Program-made: the position numbers and the translations under genes | Notes under the pieces: generated by a model | Seen by the model: only the letters and a program-made list of their open reading frames with translations | Databases searched by the model: none | What the model was told of the DNA's origin: nothing | Source: Paramoeba atlantica | Lineage: Eukaryota > Protista > Discosea | Assembly (NCBI GenBank): GCA_977017575.1 | Contig: CDRNVI010000009.1 | Coordinates: 496,001 to 560,000, forward strand | DNA: 64,000 nucleotides | Reading direction: 5' to 3' | Part shown: piece by piece, positions 1 to 12,374 of the stretch | How the letters are laid out: every line of letters starts with the position of its first letter | Numbering within the stretch: the stretch's first letter is position 1

Positions 1-1707
1 CTTGGCGAACTCCAGCCGAACTCTCAACTGTTGAAAACAGTTCCCCGTTCTTTCCGTAAAAGAGGAGTTCAGACGCTGCCCCATATTCGGCAACAAATAG
101 TCGCTGAAAAGGCCGAAGGGCGCTAAAAGCAAAAATTGCTTTTGCAATCTCGTCGCGTGAAGGGCTATTAAAAGCGTTCTTCATATCCAACGAGAGGATA
201 GCACACCCTTCCATATATCGTCGATTGAGTTCGTGAACAATAGTCTCGCAGCCAGCGCGACTCATCACCCCATGCTGCATCGGCAGGAAAAGCTTTTCAA
301 ATTTATGTTCGTTACGCAGAAGAAGGATTAGTCCAGCCAACTTGAGAAAAATTTCTCCCATTGCCACCGGTAGAACGGCTTGAGCTGTTTTAGGGAGTGC
401 AACTAAGCGTGCTCTCCGCAGTCTGCGCATTACATCCTTGGACAGCATTCCGTTAATTAAATCGCACATCATGTGGCTTAGACTCGTGCAACAGATCTCA
501 TCGTCCAAGAGCAGACGAGAATGATGGCCTCTGTGGTACCGGATGGACCTGGGGCGGCGCCTTTTGCGAGTCTCTTTCCTTCTTCTCGGAGTTCATGGGG
601 CGGGATACATGCTACCTTCGGGGCGTCTGTGGGAAGCTCAAAAGAAATCGGTAAAGATGGGTGTAGTTTTTGTAATTGAGACAATTTTTCTTCGTCCCCT
701 AATGATGTTTCGGTGATGTCTTGATCTAACACGCGCGTCGCTTTCTTAATCGCTCCTTCCAAAACCAGTCGTGTCGCTTTTTTGACTGCTCTCAGATCTT
801 TAGCCTTTTGCTCCACTTCACTGTTTCCTGCATTCGTCTCCTGAGTTTGAATTGGGCGGCGACGACGCTTTTTTCCAATGAGCACTGTAGCTAACGAATG
901 TTTCATTGCCGACATGGTTCTGTGCCAGATTTGATTTCGTTGGTCGTAAGAAGAATCTGCGTAATCCCGCATTATGTCACGATAGATAGAGACAACACAG
1001 GGCACAAACTCTGCACTGACAGTCCGCATGGTTGGCATTGGATCGAAATCCAAGTCTGCTTCCGTATGAGAAAATCCTTGATTACTGGGAATTCCTTTAG
1101 CGTCCACATCAATTCTGCTTTTTGAATCCTTTCGATGTAGCCATTGTATTGAATAAACTCTCACATTAGAATTTGGAGGAATGAACCCACGAAATTGCTC
1201 GCCGCATTTGTACCCTTCTATACCTTCATACTGGAGAGACATCCGTCCGATTCCGGCACGCTTCTTAACCGACTTAACCACACCTTTCGATATATTCAGC
1301 TGCGAGGAATCGCTGAAGCACCATGCCATCAAGCACGAGTCCCCTTGTTTCGCCGTTTTTGATGAATCCCAGATGGTATCCGGTGCCATTGGAAACTGCT
1401 CCGTTGGGTTTATCGACTTATTCAACTTCTCTATCATCTCGGCCTCCTTGGCAACTTCTATGACAGACTCTGTTTCAGCAGGAAGTTCAAAGTTCGGCAT
1501 CGTGATATTGTTTTCGTCAACTACCTCGTGCAGTGTCGTAGACCCGTCAACCCTTCCAGTGCTCAATAGGGTGTCATCAGGAGTTAAACAGTCGGCGTAT
1601 GTCTGACATTCGACATCTGCGTCCTGCGTCGGCTGTTCGGCTGAAGTTTCATCATTCGTCGCAGTGATCGACACAGTCGTCGAAAAAACAGCAGGAAAAA
1701 CGAACAA
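1..1707 (-). pseudogene. CRE/SLACS-clade non-LTR retrotransposon (CRE-A): N-terminal region and start of RT, one frameshift near 495, runs off the window start
   Basis: ORF 478-1707 ends at KGAAPGPSGTTEAII. Manual translation in the shifted frame continues RLLLDDEICC...PVAMGE...LDMKNAFNSPSR...SSAGVRQ to base 1 and closely matches ORF 2297-5056. Confidence 0.9.
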
Positions 1708-1709
1708 GA

Positions 1710-1780
1710 TCTGGCGTGCAATTCAAGGCGTGCATAATATCTGGCGTGCAATATCTGGCGTGCAGTATCTGGCGTGCATA
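1710..1780. repeat. Short imperfect tandem repeat (core ATCTGGCGTGCA, about 5 copies) upstream of the CRE-A ORF
   Basis: The repeats are read directly at 1710-1780. Confidence 0.75.
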
Positions 1781-1832
1781 ATATCAACAACAGACAACTA
1801 TTTTTGAAGCTTTGACTTGAAGCAAAAGCTAA

Positions 1833-2399
1833 TCATAGTCGTAGACCTCCAACCCATGTTTCAGCCTGAATATATTGCCGCAATTGAGAAACTACTGCGT
1901 ATGCAGAATATTTCTCTAACTCAAGCTGAAAGGCTTCTCGTGTTGGCGTATAATCTAGACCTGCCCTCTTTGCCAATGTTTTTAGTAGCTGTTTAGTCTC
2001 CTCGTGCAAGACCCCACAATCAGTAATCGCAATGCAACGGAAACTTTCGGGATCTAAGCCTTTCTCCTTCACGTATTTATTATTCTTTCTGTCTTGGGCA
2101 CTCTGGAGCAAGGCATTGCTACTTTGCTTTCGGTAGCTACTGCAACACGTATGAACTACGGTTAAATCGTATAAAATTTCACCAACGTCGGGCCACAAGA
2201 TCGCAAGGTCTGGTCCGGATCTGATTCTACGAGCTCGGCATGGGTGTTGTTCTGCTGCTTCTGGGGAAATTGAACATTTGCACTTAGTGCAGAAGAATGA
2301 CGTGTGAATTCGTGGCTCGATTGCACAAGGGAGACTGGCTTTGGAACACAGATCGGAAAGATATCGCACCAAATGAGAGTGTTTGCGTGTACAGTTCAT
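1833..2399 (-). pseudogene. 3' fragment of a CRE-type element (zinc finger and restriction-like endonuclease)
   Basis: Motifs MNCTRKHSHLVR, IEPR, CTKC..H.C and RSGPDLAILW..YDLTVVH; closely similar to the C-terminus of ORF 19987-22725. Confidence 0.9.
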
Positions 2400-5056
2400 T
2401 CCAGCGCATCGTGAGCACCTTACGGTCCGTTAGTTCCGAGTTTGTACCTTGTGTTGTCGCGATCTATCGGGATATCATGAGGGATTACGCGAGTTCCTCG
2501 TACGAGCAACGGAATCAAATTTGGAACAGAACTCTGTCGGCAATGAAACACTCTTTAGCCACAGTGCGCCACATCATTGGAAAGAAGCGTCGTCGCCGTC
2601 CAGTTGAAATTCAGGAGACGACAACTCTGAACAGTGAAGCGGAGCAAAAGGCGAGTGATTTGCGGGCTATAAAGAAAGCAACGAGACTGCTCTTGGAAGG
2701 AGCAACGAAGAAGGGAACGCGAGTATTAGATCAGGAAACTGCAACTACAACGATGACGGATGAAGGAAAATTGGACCAATTGCGAAAATTGCATCCCTCT
2801 TTGCCTATTTCATTCGCGCTTCCGACAGACGCCCCGAAGATTGCGTGCCTCCCACCGCAAGAGCTACGTGATGCAGGGAAAAGACTAGCAAAGGGATCGG
2901 CTCCCGGACCTTCGGGTACAACGGAAGCCATTGTTCGGTTGTTATTGGATGATGAGATCTGTTGTTCCAGTCTGTGTCATATGATCTGTGATCTTGTCAA
3001 CGGGATGCTGTCCAAAGAAGTCATGCGTAGATTGAGGAGAGCGCGTCTCGTCGCACTTCCCAAGACATCAAAATCCGTTAGGCCTGTGGCGATGGGGGAG
3101 GTTATGTTGAAGTTGGCGGGGCTGGTCCTAATACTTCGACATGAACACAAATTCGCGAAGCTGTTTCTTCCGATGCAACACGGGGTTATGAGCCAAGCGG
3201 GCTGTGAAACTATCGTGCACGAGCTCAATCGTCGGTACATGGAAGGACACGCCATTCTCTCTCTGGACATGAAAAACGCCTTTAACAGCCCTTCACGCGA
3301 TGACATTGCGAAAGCGATTTTCGCGTTTAGCTCACTTCGACCCTTTCAGCGACTTTTTGTTGCTGAATATGGGGAACCATCAGAGCTCCTCTTCTATGGC
3401 AAAAACGGGGAATTATTCTCCAAAGTCGAGAGTTCGGCTGGAGTGCGTCAGGGGTCGCCGTTATCAACGTTGTATTTCTGTACATTTCTTCAACCGATTC
3501 TTGAGACGATCGCGCAGGAATTCCCATCGCTTAACATATACGCTTATGTCGATGACATCAACATCTCCTCACACGATGTGGATCTCATCGCCTCTGCATA
3601 CGTCCATCTCAAGGAGCTCCTGGAAAGTAAATCGATCCGACTTGCGCCGCAAAAATGTGTTTGGTTTGATGGATTAAACAACGTCAAACTACCCGAGAAA
3701 CTAGTCAACGAAGGTGTTCAGATAGCCGAAAAAGCCGTCAAAGTTCTAGGAGCCTATGTAGGGGGATCAACCAGAGTCAGCGAATTACTTCTCAACAAGC
3801 TTGAAAAACACCGGGCAATTTTCCGGCGGCTGAAAACCATGGGTGCGAATAACATTTCGATGCTCCTCTTGTCGCGATGCGTTAATGTGAGACACAGGTA
3901 CCACATACGAGTCCATCGGCCAGAGGAAACCTTTGAGATGGCGAAATCCTTCGACAAAGAGGTGCACGAAGTTCTGACCACCTGGTTCGGAGAAATGAAT
4001 CCGAAACAGATCGCGTGGGCACGACTTCCGGTAAAGAGTGGAGGTTTAGGGCTGACGCCCACGGATCTTCTACGAAAATCGGCGTATGAGGCGTCGAGGC
4101 ACAACGCTTTTGAACGACTAAATTCACTTTCAGTTCGAGCGACAGGCCTTACATCCCCATCGCCGGTAGGAAATGAAGATTCAATCCGCCCCCCTAACGA
4201 CGAATTCGTCACCGAAGCACAGCTTAACAAATCAATTAAGGAATCGCTGTCGAAAGACCCGAATGTCGCGTCGTTACTGCGCGCCGCAAGCGAGAAAGGG
4301 AATTCATCGTGGATACAGTCGAACGCAAAACTAGTATCTTCCAAATTTTACACCTTGGCACTTATACCTCGTCTTGGTCTCAGTCACCCGCGGCTTCCAG
4401 GAAACTTACAATGCCCGGGGTGTCGAGTCATTCTTGAGTCTTCGTCAGCCCTCTCGCACATAGCGGGATGTGTTCAGTGCTCTGGAAACAATGCCACGAC
4501 GAAACATGATGCGCTGGTGCGTAGAATTTACGATCTGTGCATGAAGGCTGGGGTACCATGCGAGCGGGAGCCACGACAATTTACGACCTACAAATGCTCC
4601 ACTTGCGGGGAGTCGTTCCCGCATTGGCGCAAACGTGAGCACCAACAGATCTGCCGAAATGCTAGTCTTCACCGGTCCGGACCTGATATAGTCATATATT
4701 GGGCGTCCGGTGAAGTCTTCTACGACCTCACTGTAATCCATGAATTGGCGCCGTCGAACTTGCGGCGAGGGAGTGGGGCCCTAATGAGGGATGCGATCGC
4801 ACGGAAACATAATACGTACGTCGCATCGGGGATGATTCCGCAGGAACGTTTTAAATGCATCCCAGTCCTCTCCGGCGGCGCCATGCATCAAGGGCTCAAG
4901 ACCCTTCTGCATACGCTAGCGGACTGCTGTGGGCTTGAAAGAGGGAAAACTTTGAACGAATTTTCGTTGCACCTTCAAGAGTTGAACGGATCAGTGGTAT
5001 TTTCCCAGCTGAAAAATTATCTAACGCAGGAGACATCTCAGGAACTGGGCCTCTGA
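2398..5056 (+). CDS. 5'-truncated CRE-type RT-RLE polyprotein (CRE-C)
   Basis: Open frame with GSAPGPSG, LDMKNAFN, GVRQGSPLS, YVDD, LPVKSGGLGL, CPGC..HIAGC, KHDALV and GPDIVIYW..YDLTV. Homology to other copies begins near 2398. Confidence 0.92.
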
Positions 5057-5200
5057 ACAGGTTTTTAGTTTCGGTCTATTAGAAATCTTTGGTATTATTA
5101 TAAACGTTTTTTTTTGTATTAACCTGAACACATAACATAACATAACATAACATTAAGGATATAAAGTATTCAAAAGAATAGAATACGATATATAATATCA

Positions 5201-5320
5201 TTTTTGGGATAGTTTCTCTTCGAAAATTGAGAGAAGGGGGGAAGGTGAACATTTCTCATTTCTCATTATCCTACGTGACTTCCTGCTGTGAGAGCTTATA
5301 GGATTTCATGGGAGAAATGG
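5201..5320 (+). other. Conserved structured motif, copy 1 (ATTTTYGG, TTCTCT/AGAGAA hairpin, GGGGGGAAGG)
   Basis: The same motif recurs at about 8262 and 13983 with a variable loop and a conserved stem. Confidence 0.6.
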
Positions 5321-5329
5321 CTCTGAGCA

Positions 5330-6357
5330 ACCGGCTACGTGAGGAATGATTTTGCATGCCGACTCTACAATTCCACGTCCCGGGCATGTGATATTGCATG
5401 GAGCGTTACTGAGTTCGATTCCGAGGCGCATCATAAGAGTGTACCGAAAGAGGTAGGGATTTACGTAATTGTTCGTCGAGTCTAAATGTGTGCTCGCTTC
5501 TTTTGTGCGTTTCGTGATATCTTGAAATCTGGGATTCTCGTTCAAATCCATTGCTACCTTTTCATGTTCACTCTTCATATTCTTTGGCAGCTGGGTACGT
5601 ACCGCCTGAGCTTTCGATCCAGGACTACTTACTTGTTTCTTGGCTGAGCTATCTACTGGGGCATTAGAGGGCTGATTTCGCTCTTCAATAGATTTGCGTG
5701 AGGCTTCGAAAAAGTAACGTTGCTTTAGAACCGTTGAGGTAATTCCAAGGCCTCCCATTTTACATGGAAGGGCGGCGAGTTTGAGGGCTTCACTGTCAGC
5801 ACCACCTTTAGAATCTTGTGTATTTCTTCATCAAAGGTCTGTGCTAGGAGAATAGAGGCTCCAGGTTTGTGGACTCGCAGATGGTAGCCGTGGCGCGGTA
5901 ATGTGCATCTCTTGAGAATCGCGAGCGATAAGTTGCTTGGGCCCATAATCTTGAGTCTTCGGAAAAGACATTTATGTTTCTCCAGCTTTTCCAACAGTTT
6001 TCGCTCCACTGCTTTATTGTGTCCTATGTACGCCCCAAGAACTTTGATGGAATCCACGCAGTCTTCCACCCCAAGCTCTCGAAGTGACATGCCTCGGTGG
6101 TTCGTGGTGTTATTGCCTTGGAAAAGTTCGCACTTGCGAGAATTTATTTCGAGGTTTAATTCACTTGTCAGTTCTTTAAAATGAAGAAAAGCAACTTCCA
6201 ATGATGATTCATTCTTAGAACTCATGGTAACATCGTCTTGGTAGGCTCGAATGGTGACGTCTGGATAGAGTTTCGCAATTTTCTTCAACGGACCTTGCAG
6301 CACGGCGCAGAAATATACTGACGAGAGTGCTGATCCCTGTCGGACTCCTGATGAGCT
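5330..6357 (-). pseudogene. Internal CRE RT fragment, frameshifted
   Basis: ORFs 5725-6375 (GVRQGSALSS, YQDD) and 5306-5758 (GGLGI, LMMRLG, CPG) overlap in different frames. Confidence 0.88.
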
Positions 6358-6409
6358 TTCAATTACGGAATGCAAGGTATTGTTCGCGAAGAAAAGAAGT
6401 TCCGATGAT

Positions 6410-6649
6410 TGCTACGATGGGAAGATCATGGCTGAAAGCTTTCAATGTATACCTGTCCTCTCAGGGGGTGCAATGCATTCAAACACGAAGGCTCTTATGG
6501 ATGCTCTCGCAGATGCCTGTGGAATGCAGCGCAAACGCGTTTATGCCGAATTTCAGCTATTGTTGCAGGAGCTTAATGGGGCGGTAGCATATTCACAGCT
6601 GAGTCGATACCTTCGCAAGGAGGACAAAAGTCGGGAATATGCCTTCTAA
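6410..6649 (+). pseudogene. CRE C-terminal tail fragment
   Basis: GKIMAESFQCIPVLSGGAMH...LLLQELNG matches the RLE tail of other copies; 45 bp are identical to 13675-13720 on the minus strand. Confidence 0.8.
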
Positions 6650-7304
6650 AGCACGGAACAATGCGCCTTCGCCAGTGCACTGATTTCAATTCGCTGAGAA
6701 TCTAACGCTGAGATCAAAACACTTTCTAGCACACTTGCTCGGTTGCGTTAAATGCACAGGCGCAAATGCGACAACGCGACATCATGCTCTCGTTCGTCAT
6801 ATTTACGACCTCTGTCTTCAGACCGGAGTCCCATGCGAGCGGGAACCGAGACAATTCACCACTTATCGATGCCTGAAATGTAATGAATCGGTGAATGAAC
6901 AGCGCAAACATGAACATCAGAAAAAGTGTGGAACCACATCATTCCATCGCAGCGGACCAGACTTAGCAATTTACTGGGCGTCCGGTGAGATATTCTATGA
7001 CCTCACTATCATAAATGAAATATCCAAGACGAATCTCGGTAAACGGAGCAATCAGCTAATGCAGGAAGCCGAAAAACGCAAAGTCGACACGTATGTTAAC
7101 TCGGATCTAATACCTCATGAAAAATTTACATGCGTATCAATACTCGCCGGAGGAGCAATGAACAAAAGTGGCCTGGCTCTCCTGAAATCTCTGGCCGATG
7201 CTAGCGGGCGTGATCGCGATATCGTTGTGCAAGATTTCATAATGCACCTCCAGGAGTTAAACGGCACTGTGCTGTGTTCTCAAATGAGCAAAGCACTATC
7301 GTAG
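6650..7304 (+). pseudogene. CRE endonuclease-domain fragment
   Basis: GCVKC..RHHALV, CEREP, CLKC..H..C and RSGPDLAIYW..YDLTI. Confidence 0.88.
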
Positions 7305-7559
7305 GTCAAATATTAAATATATAGAATTATAAGATTTAGCTTACAAAGACGCGTAAGCTTAGTTAGAACTACCCCCATACAATGGGGGGTAGCGCCAATA
7401 CGAAATACTTATAGACATTTCCAGGTTAGCGTATTTATTTATCTATTTATTTATTTATTCATTTTTTTGTAAGATCATCCATTGACGCCAAAAACGCCTT
7501 CAACTCCCCGAATAGGGCGGATATTGCCAAACACGTATTTGCTTGTGGTACACTACGCC

Positions 7560-8200
7560 CGTTTCAACGGATCTTTCACGCTGAATATGGCCAACCCTCA
7601 GAGCTACTGTATTACGGATACGATGGAACGCTATTCGGAGTCATTCCCAGCACATGTGGTTTGCGGCAAGGTTCCCCGCTGGCATCTCTATAAAAACTCT
7701 AAGAAAAAAAACTCTTTCTTTTTATTCGGAGTCATTCCCAGCACATGTGGTTTGCGGCAAGGTTCCCCGCTGGCATCTCTATACTACTGCGCTTTCCTGC
7801 AGCCACTATTGGAGATTCTGAAACAAGAGTTTCCCGACATCGAAATATATGCGTTTATTGATGACGTGAACATGGCTTCGAAAAACTCACAATCATTGGC
7901 CAAAGCATTTGTAAGGCTCCAAGAAATGGTGAATGCTCACAACATTGAACTTGCTCCTGGAAAATGCGTGTGGTTCGGTGGACAGGAAAAAATCCCGATT
8001 CCAGAACAGCTTGCAAATGAAGGGGTCAAGGCTGCATACGATTCTATAAAGATCCTTGGGGCACACCTTGGAGAAGATGAATCTGTAAAGTCGGGTTTGT
8101 TTCAGCAGCTTGTCAGGAATACCGAAGCCTTTCGCCGATTAAAACTTATGGGCGCCAACAATGTCTCACTTTTGCTACTTTCCAAAAGCATGAATATAGT
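7560..8200 (+). pseudogene. CRE RT-core fragment with an internal 61-bp direct duplication (7632-7692 and 7723-7783)
   Basis: GLRQGSPLASLYYC and FIDD motifs; the duplication is read directly. Confidence 0.85.
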
Positions 8201-8261
8201 ATATAAGTTCTAAACACAATATCACTATAAGCTGAGTCAGCTTATAAATTATATAGATTTC

Positions 8262-11200
8262 ATTTTCGGGGATAGTTTCTCTTTGAAAATTGAGAGAAGG
8301 GGGGAAGGCGAACATTTCGCCAAGGAGCCTCGAACAGCATGAATGTGAGGCATCAATACGCCATAAGAGTGCACGAGCCAACGTTATCCGACGCGGTCTC
8401 TCTCAGTTTCGACAACAACGTTCGTTGTTGTCAAAACCCTTCGTTGGGCCTCCGCCGTTGTCAAGGCCAAGCATGCACACCTCATCACGAAGAGCACGCA
8501 TGAGAGCCTTGAACTTAGAGACATGGAAGGCAGAACCATCACCGCAGGCATCAACAAAAACTCCGCCTCCAGCATCTCATCTCCCTTCACAGCGAACAAA
8601 CATTGAAACATTGCGACCTCCAATTGCGTCTCAACCCTTGAAGCTTCCCTCGCCACTCCCCTTACGGATGTCGTATCCAGTCGAATTGCTAGCATCTCCA
8701 GCTAAGGCGGCGTCATGTTCTCCCGCGGCCCCGATTGGAGAACCGAACGAGACGGGAAAATGGCGCATTCGTATTAAAAAAACTTGTGCCGTCGCAGCTG
8801 GCGCCTTAAAAGCGGCATCCAACGCCATGTCAGATGCAGTTTTCAATGCAGCAGGTGACGCACAACCTCCGGACACGAGCAAGGAATCCGGTCAATCACT
8901 TGAACCACCTGTCAGGAACGAGGAAATAGCAGCCGCATCTGAAGGTTTGGAGGATCACTCAGCGCGTGAGTTCCAGGATTGCGACTCGCCTCAGGGAGAT
9001 AAACCACAACGGGAAGGTGCTGTCCATCCGATTATCTTTATTAACGACGAACACCCGGACGGAAGCTCAGGAGTCTTTGAGATTATGCAGAACATTGACG
9101 TCAAAACACAATTCCCCATACCACCTGACGAAATCTGGAGACAATCCAAGCAAATAAAGGCAGGAACTTTGTGTTCGATAGTGTGGGCTTTTGCAAATCA
9201 GGAAAAGATCAATATGGCGTGCGGTAAGGTAGTGCGAACGCATAGCAAGCGTGGAGGGATGGGGAAACTCTCAATGCAATACACGGGGATCTCAGGGTAC
9301 AAAGAAGAACAGGAATACACAGGATCTCTGCCGCCCCAAGAAAACGTGAGAATCTTCCGCATTATCTGGCATCAAGCGCCACCTCCGATTGATGTTACCG
9401 TGTTACGTGATAGTACTATCGAGAATCATCTGATCACACTGACCCCAGACAACGTACAGGGGGAGGGAGTTGATCTCTTACCAATACCCACCGTTCGGAA
9501 TATCAGTCCTGACCTTATTCCATGCGTCATCGCAACTTTTCGTGAAATTGTAAAGGATTACATCAGTGCCGATCACCAGCAGAGGAATATTATTTGGCAT
9601 CGACTGCTGTCGGCGATGAAGCTGTCGCTTGCAGGAGTACGCCGCGCCAGTGGGAGGAGTAGGAGACAAAGACCATATCCTAAAAATAACGATGACAAGG
9701 AAGATCAGGCCGCCTTGAATGACCGGAGAGCTATCAAAAGAGCAACGCGGTTGGTTACTGAAGGGTGCGCGTCACAAGCAGCCAGAGTATTAGATCAAGC
9801 CTTCACGCCAAGTAATCTTCCGGATGAGGAAACCTTGGACAAGTTGTCAGAATTGCATCCTCAAAAAGAATGCGACTTCAGAATCCCAGCAGACGCGCCA
9901 ATAATGTCTGGGATTGAAATGGAAGAACTCCGTGCTGCTGGAAAGCGCCTGGCGAAAGGGGCCAATCCGGGTCCAACAGGGATGACGGATAGCATTGTAC
10001 GGCTGCTGCTTGATGATGAACTTTGCTGCATCAATTTGTGTCACATGATATGTGATCTCATCAACGGTTTCCTGGGCAAGGACGTGATTCGTCGCATCAA
10101 CCGCGCTAGGCTGGTTGCCATTCCCAAAAGTTGTGGAGGGGTTCGCCCAGTCGCAATGGGTGAGGTGCTCAATAAATTGGCCGGCATAGTCCTAATGCAA
10201 AGGTATGAGCATACGCTGGCTCCGTTATTTGCACCCATGCAACAGGGCGTTTTCTCAAAAGCGGGATGTGAGAAAATAGTGCACCAACTTCGGAATCGCC
10301 ACAGCAATGGATATTCCATTCTATCCGTAGACGTTAAAAATGCCTTTAACTCGCCGAGCAGAATGGATATAGCAAAGCACGTTTTAGCCTTCAGTGCACT
10401 CCGCCCTTTCCAGCGATTCTTCGAGGTCGAATACTCGGGGGCCTCTGAATTGCTGTATTATGGTTCAGAAGGAAAATTGGTCGGAACAGTCCTAAGCACA
10501 TCAGGTCTGCGGCAGGGTTCACCATTGGCTTCCATGTATTATTGCGCCTTTTTTCAACCCATGCTGGAAACACTGTCGATGGAATTTCCCGAAGTGGAGT
10601 TTCACGCTTTCATCGATGACGTTACCATGTCCTCCCTAAAAAGTGCTCAAATCGAAAAAGCGTTTCAGAGACTCCAAGAGTTGATGGTTCAATACTCGCT
10701 CACGCTAGCAACAAAGAAGTGTATATGGTTTGGGGAGGGGTCGGCTCAGCCAATCCCACCAAGCCTGAAGGTACAGGGTGTGCGCAATGAGGAAGAAGCG
10801 GTCAAAGTATTGGGGGCACACATCGGCAAAGAGAATCAGATCAAGAAAAGATTAATGGAAGCAGTGGATAAACAAGATACAAGCTTCCAGAGATTAAAAG
10901 CAATGGGATTAAGCAATGTTGCATTGATACTTCTTTCGCAGTGTATCAATGTTAAGCAACAATACGCCATGCGCGTCCATCCGCCATCTGTGACAAAGGA
11001 GGCCTCCACCAAATTCGATGACAATGTCGAGAGCGTATTGAAGAAGTGGCTCGGTCCATTGACGGAAAAGCAGGTGGAGATGGCCCGGCTGCCCCTGAAA
11101 AAAGGAGGTCTAGGTGTGACGTCTTGTTCAAAGGTTCGTGAAGCGGCATATTTAGCATCACGCTACCAAGCTCTTGAGCGAATAAACTCTTCTACTGCTC

Positions 11201-12193
11201 GGGCTCGGTTGCCAAACCAAAACGTCCCTTACACTGGAGAAGAAGAGAATTCAGCTTTGCCACCTATGGATGAAGTTACGACGGCAGCGGTACTTCACGA
11301 AAAAGTGGTTGCGAGGTTAAAACAAGATCCGGAGTATTCTAATATTTTAAGGGTAACAACCCGAAAGGGGAATTATGATTGGCTTAAATCGGAGGTCCGC
11401 TTCGTTCCCTCACATGCCTTTGAAATACCAGTTATGGTACGACTTGGAATTCCTCACCCAAGAATCCCAGCAACGATCCTATGTCCAGGTTGTAAGACTT
11501 TGCTGAACAATAAGACTGCTTTGGTACACATCCCAGGGTGCGCTCAGTGTTCGGGGCAGAACGCTACCGTGAAGCACAATCGTCTCGTCAAATACCTCTT
11601 TGATCTAAGTCAAAAGTCCGGGATACCTTGCGAACGTGAACCTAGGGCCTTCAGTTCCTGGAAGTGCGCCACATGTAAAGCGGCTGTGAATCCGGAAAAC
11701 AGGGGAATTCATGAGAAGACATGCTCAGGGCGGCAGTTGTTCAGGTCAGGCCCTGACCTCGTGATTTATTGGTCAACAGGCGAACTGTTTTACGACCTTA
11801 CAGTGATTCACGAGCTTGCGCCGTCGAACATTAGTAAGACGTGCGCGAACCTGGCAAAAGACGCAATAAAAAGGAAGCATCAAACATACGTAGAATCAGG
11901 AAAGATCCCTGACGTAGCTTTCCAATGCTTGCCGGTTTTTTCTTGCGGATCCTTGCATCAGAACACCCGATTCCTCATCCATGCTTTGGCGGACGCTGCG
12001 TGCCTTGATCGCCACAGAACAGAGATGGAATTTAAATTACTGTTGCAAGAACAAAATGGGCTCGAAGTGTATGCGCAGCTTCGTAGCCACCTGGCCGACA
12101 GGAAGATGCAAGAATTAAGTGTTTAGTGTGGTAATCATAATCTATTAATGTATTATGGAGTAGATATTATGGTCTTAATACAAAAAAAAAAAA
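8262..12193 (+). mobile_element. Apparently full-length CRE/SLACS-clade non-LTR retrotransposon (CRE-E) ending in poly(A)
   Basis: Conserved 5' motif at 8262, a single intact ORF, a short AT-rich 3' UTR and an A-run at 12181-12193. Confidence 0.85.
8290..12126 (+). CDS. CRE-E polyprotein: Pro-rich N-terminus, Tudor-like domain, RT, CCHC knuckle, RLE (first in-frame ATG at 8473)
   Basis: 1278-codon ORF with GANPGPTG, VDVKNAFN, GLRQGSPLA, FIDD, LPLKKGGLG, CPGC..HIPGC, KHN and GPDLVIYW..YDLTV. Confidence 0.93.
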   Translation: MREGGKANISPRSLEQHECEASIRHKSARANVIRRGLSQFRQQRSLLSKPFVGPPPLSRPSMHTSSRRARMRALNLETWKAEPSPQASTKTPPPASHLPSQRTNIETLRPPIASQPLKLPSPLPLRMSYPVELLASPAKAASCSPAAPIGEPNETGKWRIRIKKTCAVAAGALKAASNAMSDAVFNAAGDAQPPDTSKESGQSLEPPVRNEEIAAASEGLEDHSAREFQDCDSPQGDKPQREGAVHPIIFINDEHPDGSSGVFEIMQNIDVKTQFPIPPDEIWRQSKQIKAGTLCSIVWAFANQEKINMACGKVVRTHSKRGGMGKLSMQYTGISGYKEEQEYTGSLPPQENVRIFRIIWHQAPPPIDVTVLRDSTIENHLITLTPDNVQGEGVDLLPIPTVRNISPDLIPCVIATFREIVKDYISADHQQRNIIWHRLLSAMKLSLAGVRRASGRSRRQRPYPKNNDDKEDQAALNDRRAIKRATRLVTEGCASQAARVLDQAFTPSNLPDEETLDKLSELHPQKECDFRIPADAPIMSGIEMEELRAAGKRLAKGANPGPTGMTDSIVRLLLDDELCCINLCHMICDLINGFLGKDVIRRINRARLVAIPKSCGGVRPVAMGEVLNKLAGIVLMQRYEHTLAPLFAPMQQGVFSKAGCEKIVHQLRNRHSNGYSILSVDVKNAFNSPSRMDIAKHVLAFSALRPFQRFFEVEYSGASELLYYGSEGKLVGTVLSTSGLRQGSPLASMYYCAFFQPMLETLSMEFPEVEFHAFIDDVTMSSLKSAQIEKAFQRLQELMVQYSLTLATKKCIWFGEGSAQPIPPSLKVQGVRNEEEAVKVLGAHIGKENQIKKRLMEAVDKQDTSFQRLKAMGLSNVALILLSQCINVKQQYAMRVHPPSVTKEASTKFDDNVESVLKKWLGPLTEKQVEMARLPLKKGGLGVTSCSKVREAAYLASRYQALERINSSTARARLPNQNVPYTGEEENSALPPMDEVTTAAVLHEKVVARLKQDPEYSNILRVTTRKGNYDWLKSEVRFVPSHAFEIPVMVRLGIPHPRIPATILCPGCKTLLNNKTALVHIPGCAQCSGQNATVKHNRLVKYLFDLSQKSGIPCEREPRAFSSWKCATCKAAVNPENRGIHEKTCSGRQLFRSGPDLVIYWSTGELFYDLTVIHELAPSNISKTCANLAKDAIKRKHQTYVESGKIPDVAFQCLPVFSCGSLHQNTRFLIHALADAACLDRHRTEMEFKLLLQEQNGLEVYAQLRSHLADRKMQELSV

Positions 12194-12374
12194 TGACCCA
12201 GTAGACGAACCAAGTAGGTTGATCGACTCTAGTACCACATATATATATATATATCAGTCCGCAAGTGGTCGCAGCAATGCTCTACTTGTTATTATTATTC
12301 TCATTTTATCCTAACACAAAGCTCGCTGCGACAACACTACCCACGCGACTCCATCCACTTTTCCTTCTCGTACC

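Noticed and set aside
7632-7783. 61-bp duplication flanking a 30-nt A-rich insert as a YR excision footprint
   Set aside because: The similarity to YR ends (AAACTCTAAGAA) is only 12 nt, and a repair-associated tandem duplication explains it equally well.
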